Origin: a virus
Taxonomy: Duplodnaviria > Heunggongvirae > Uroviricota > Caudoviricetes
IMG/VR virus record: IMGVR_UViG_2526164633_000050
Length of the DNA stretch: 6,664 bases
Reading direction: 5' to 3' (one strand)
Below, in pieces: positions 5,675 to 6,664 of this stretch. Both the position numbers and the translations under genes were made by a program. Position 1 is the stretch's first letter. Each line of letters starts with the position of its first letter. The notes under the pieces were generated by a model. The model made no database searches and was not told the DNA's origin. It saw only the letters and a list, made by a program, of their open reading frames with translations.

Positions 5675-6664
5675 ATGGCAATTAAAGCGCTCGATGGTGG
5701 ACGGTATAAAGTGGATGTTAGACCGCGTGGCCGAAGTGGACGTCGGATTCAGCGGATTTTTAAGAAAAAGGCAGATGCAGTGGCCTTTGAGCGTTATGTT
5801 CTCAGCCACATGCACGATAAGGAATGGCTTGAAAAGCCAACAGAGCAACGTCATCTCTCAGATCTGCTTCCGTTATGGTGGGAATTGGGTGGACGCAATA
5901 AGCCATATGCTAACGGCGTTCTAACCAGGTTGAAAAAAATCATCAAAGAAATGAATGATCCAAGGGTTAGCCAGATTAATGCTCGTTTCATGGCCGCTTA
6001 TCGAAGCTCCCGTTTATCCTTGGGAGTAAAAGAGTCTACTGTTCGGCGTGATGAGTCGGATCTCGGAGGAATGTTTACACTCCTGGCAAATGCCGGGGAA
6101 TTTCACGGAGAAAATCCGCTCCGCGCCCTCCCCTCTTTGAAACGAAAATCACCCGAAATGACGTATCTCACCACGGAAGAAATCGCCAAATTACTGGATG
6201 CAGTAAGCGGTGATGCCCGGCGGATTACGCTACTTTGTCTCAGTACTGGGGCGAGATGGGGAGAAGCGAAAAATCTGCGCGCGGAACACATCATCAATAA
6301 TCGCGTGACGTTTAACAAAACTAAAAACGGAAAAGTTCGAATTATTCCTGTCTCTGATGAAGTTGTTAGTGAGATCAAAACAAAGAAATCCGGCCTTTTG
6401 TTTGACGTCAATTATGAGGAATATCGCAAGGTGCTTCGCAGTGTTAAGCCAGACCTACCAAAAGGACAGGCTGTACATGTTCTACGCCATACCTTTGCTG
6501 CTCACTTTATGATTAATGGAGGAAATATACTTACGCTCCAGCGAATTATGGGGCACGCCACGATCCAGCAAACTATGACCTATGCGCACCTCGCTCCTGA
6601 TTTCCTCCAGGATGCAATTTCACTTAATCCGTTAAAAGGAGGCATCCACATTTCATCCACATAA
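5675..6664 (+). CDS. int: P2-type tyrosine integrase (site-specific recombinase), 329 aa
   Basis: ATG at 5675 preceded by GGAGGG; the ORF-track start 5642 adds 11 residues not expected from the P2 Int N-terminus. N-terminus MAIKALDGGRYKVDVRPRGRSGRRIQRIFKKKADAVAFERY and catalytic boxes (TGARWGEA, HVLRHTFAAHF, GHATIQQTMTYAHLAP, C-terminal LQDAISLNPLKGG) match remembered P2 Int. TAA stop is 6662-6664, the window end. Confidence 0.95.
   Translation: MAIKALDGGRYKVDVRPRGRSGRRIQRIFKKKADAVAFERYVLSHMHDKEWLEKPTEQRHLSDLLPLWWELGGRNKPYANGVLTRLKKIIKEMNDPRVSQINARFMAAYRSSRLSLGVKESTVRRDESDLGGMFTLLANAGEFHGENPLRALPSLKRKSPEMTYLTTEEIAKLLDAVSGDARRITLLCLSTGARWGEAKNLRAEHIINNRVTFNKTKNGKVRIIPVSDEVVSEIKTKKSGLLFDVNYEEYRKVLRSVKPDLPKGQAVHVLRHTFAAHFMINGGNILTLQRIMGHATIQQTMTYAHLAPDFLQDAISLNPLKGGIHISST

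Noticed and set aside
5029-5924. ORFs 5029..5214 (+), 5203..5472 (-), 5559..5924 (+), 5657..5854 (-), 6103..6411 (-)
   Set aside because: They overlap the cox-like, C-like and integrase genes, whose positions and motifs are much better supported.
1-6664. CRISPR arrays, tRNA or rRNA genes
   Set aside because: No regularly spaced direct repeats, no cloverleaf-compatible segments with tRNA-like conserved positions, and no rRNA-like stretches were seen; the only repeats are the short motifs reported in the findings.

Overview
The window spans a junction between the right end of an IS66-family insertion sequence and the immunity/early region of a P2/186-like prophage. The IS carries a 5'-partial TnpC-type transposase (1-1278) and appears to end near 1308. 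The prophage part has a leftward (minus-strand) early operon that starts with a Cox-like gene (5210..4884) and continues through about ten small ORFs, several linked by ATGA stop/start overlaps. Divergent from it are a P2 C-type repressor (5306-5608) and a P2-type tyrosine integrase (5675-6664) whose stop codon is the last three bases of the window. The IS terminus abuts and supplies the stop codon of a minus-strand prophage ORF, so the prophage is probably interrupted and defective. Points worth a second look: an A7-tract frameshift that splits an early gene from its only good RBS/ATG; a 37-aa hydrophobic peptide gene absent from the ORF track; and a ~320-bp noncoding hub (2255-2576) with two convergent intrinsic terminators and a repeated GTTGAGAATC motif. 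No rRNA, tRNA or CRISPR array was seen. All family assignments are from remembered protein sequences and motifs; no database search was run.
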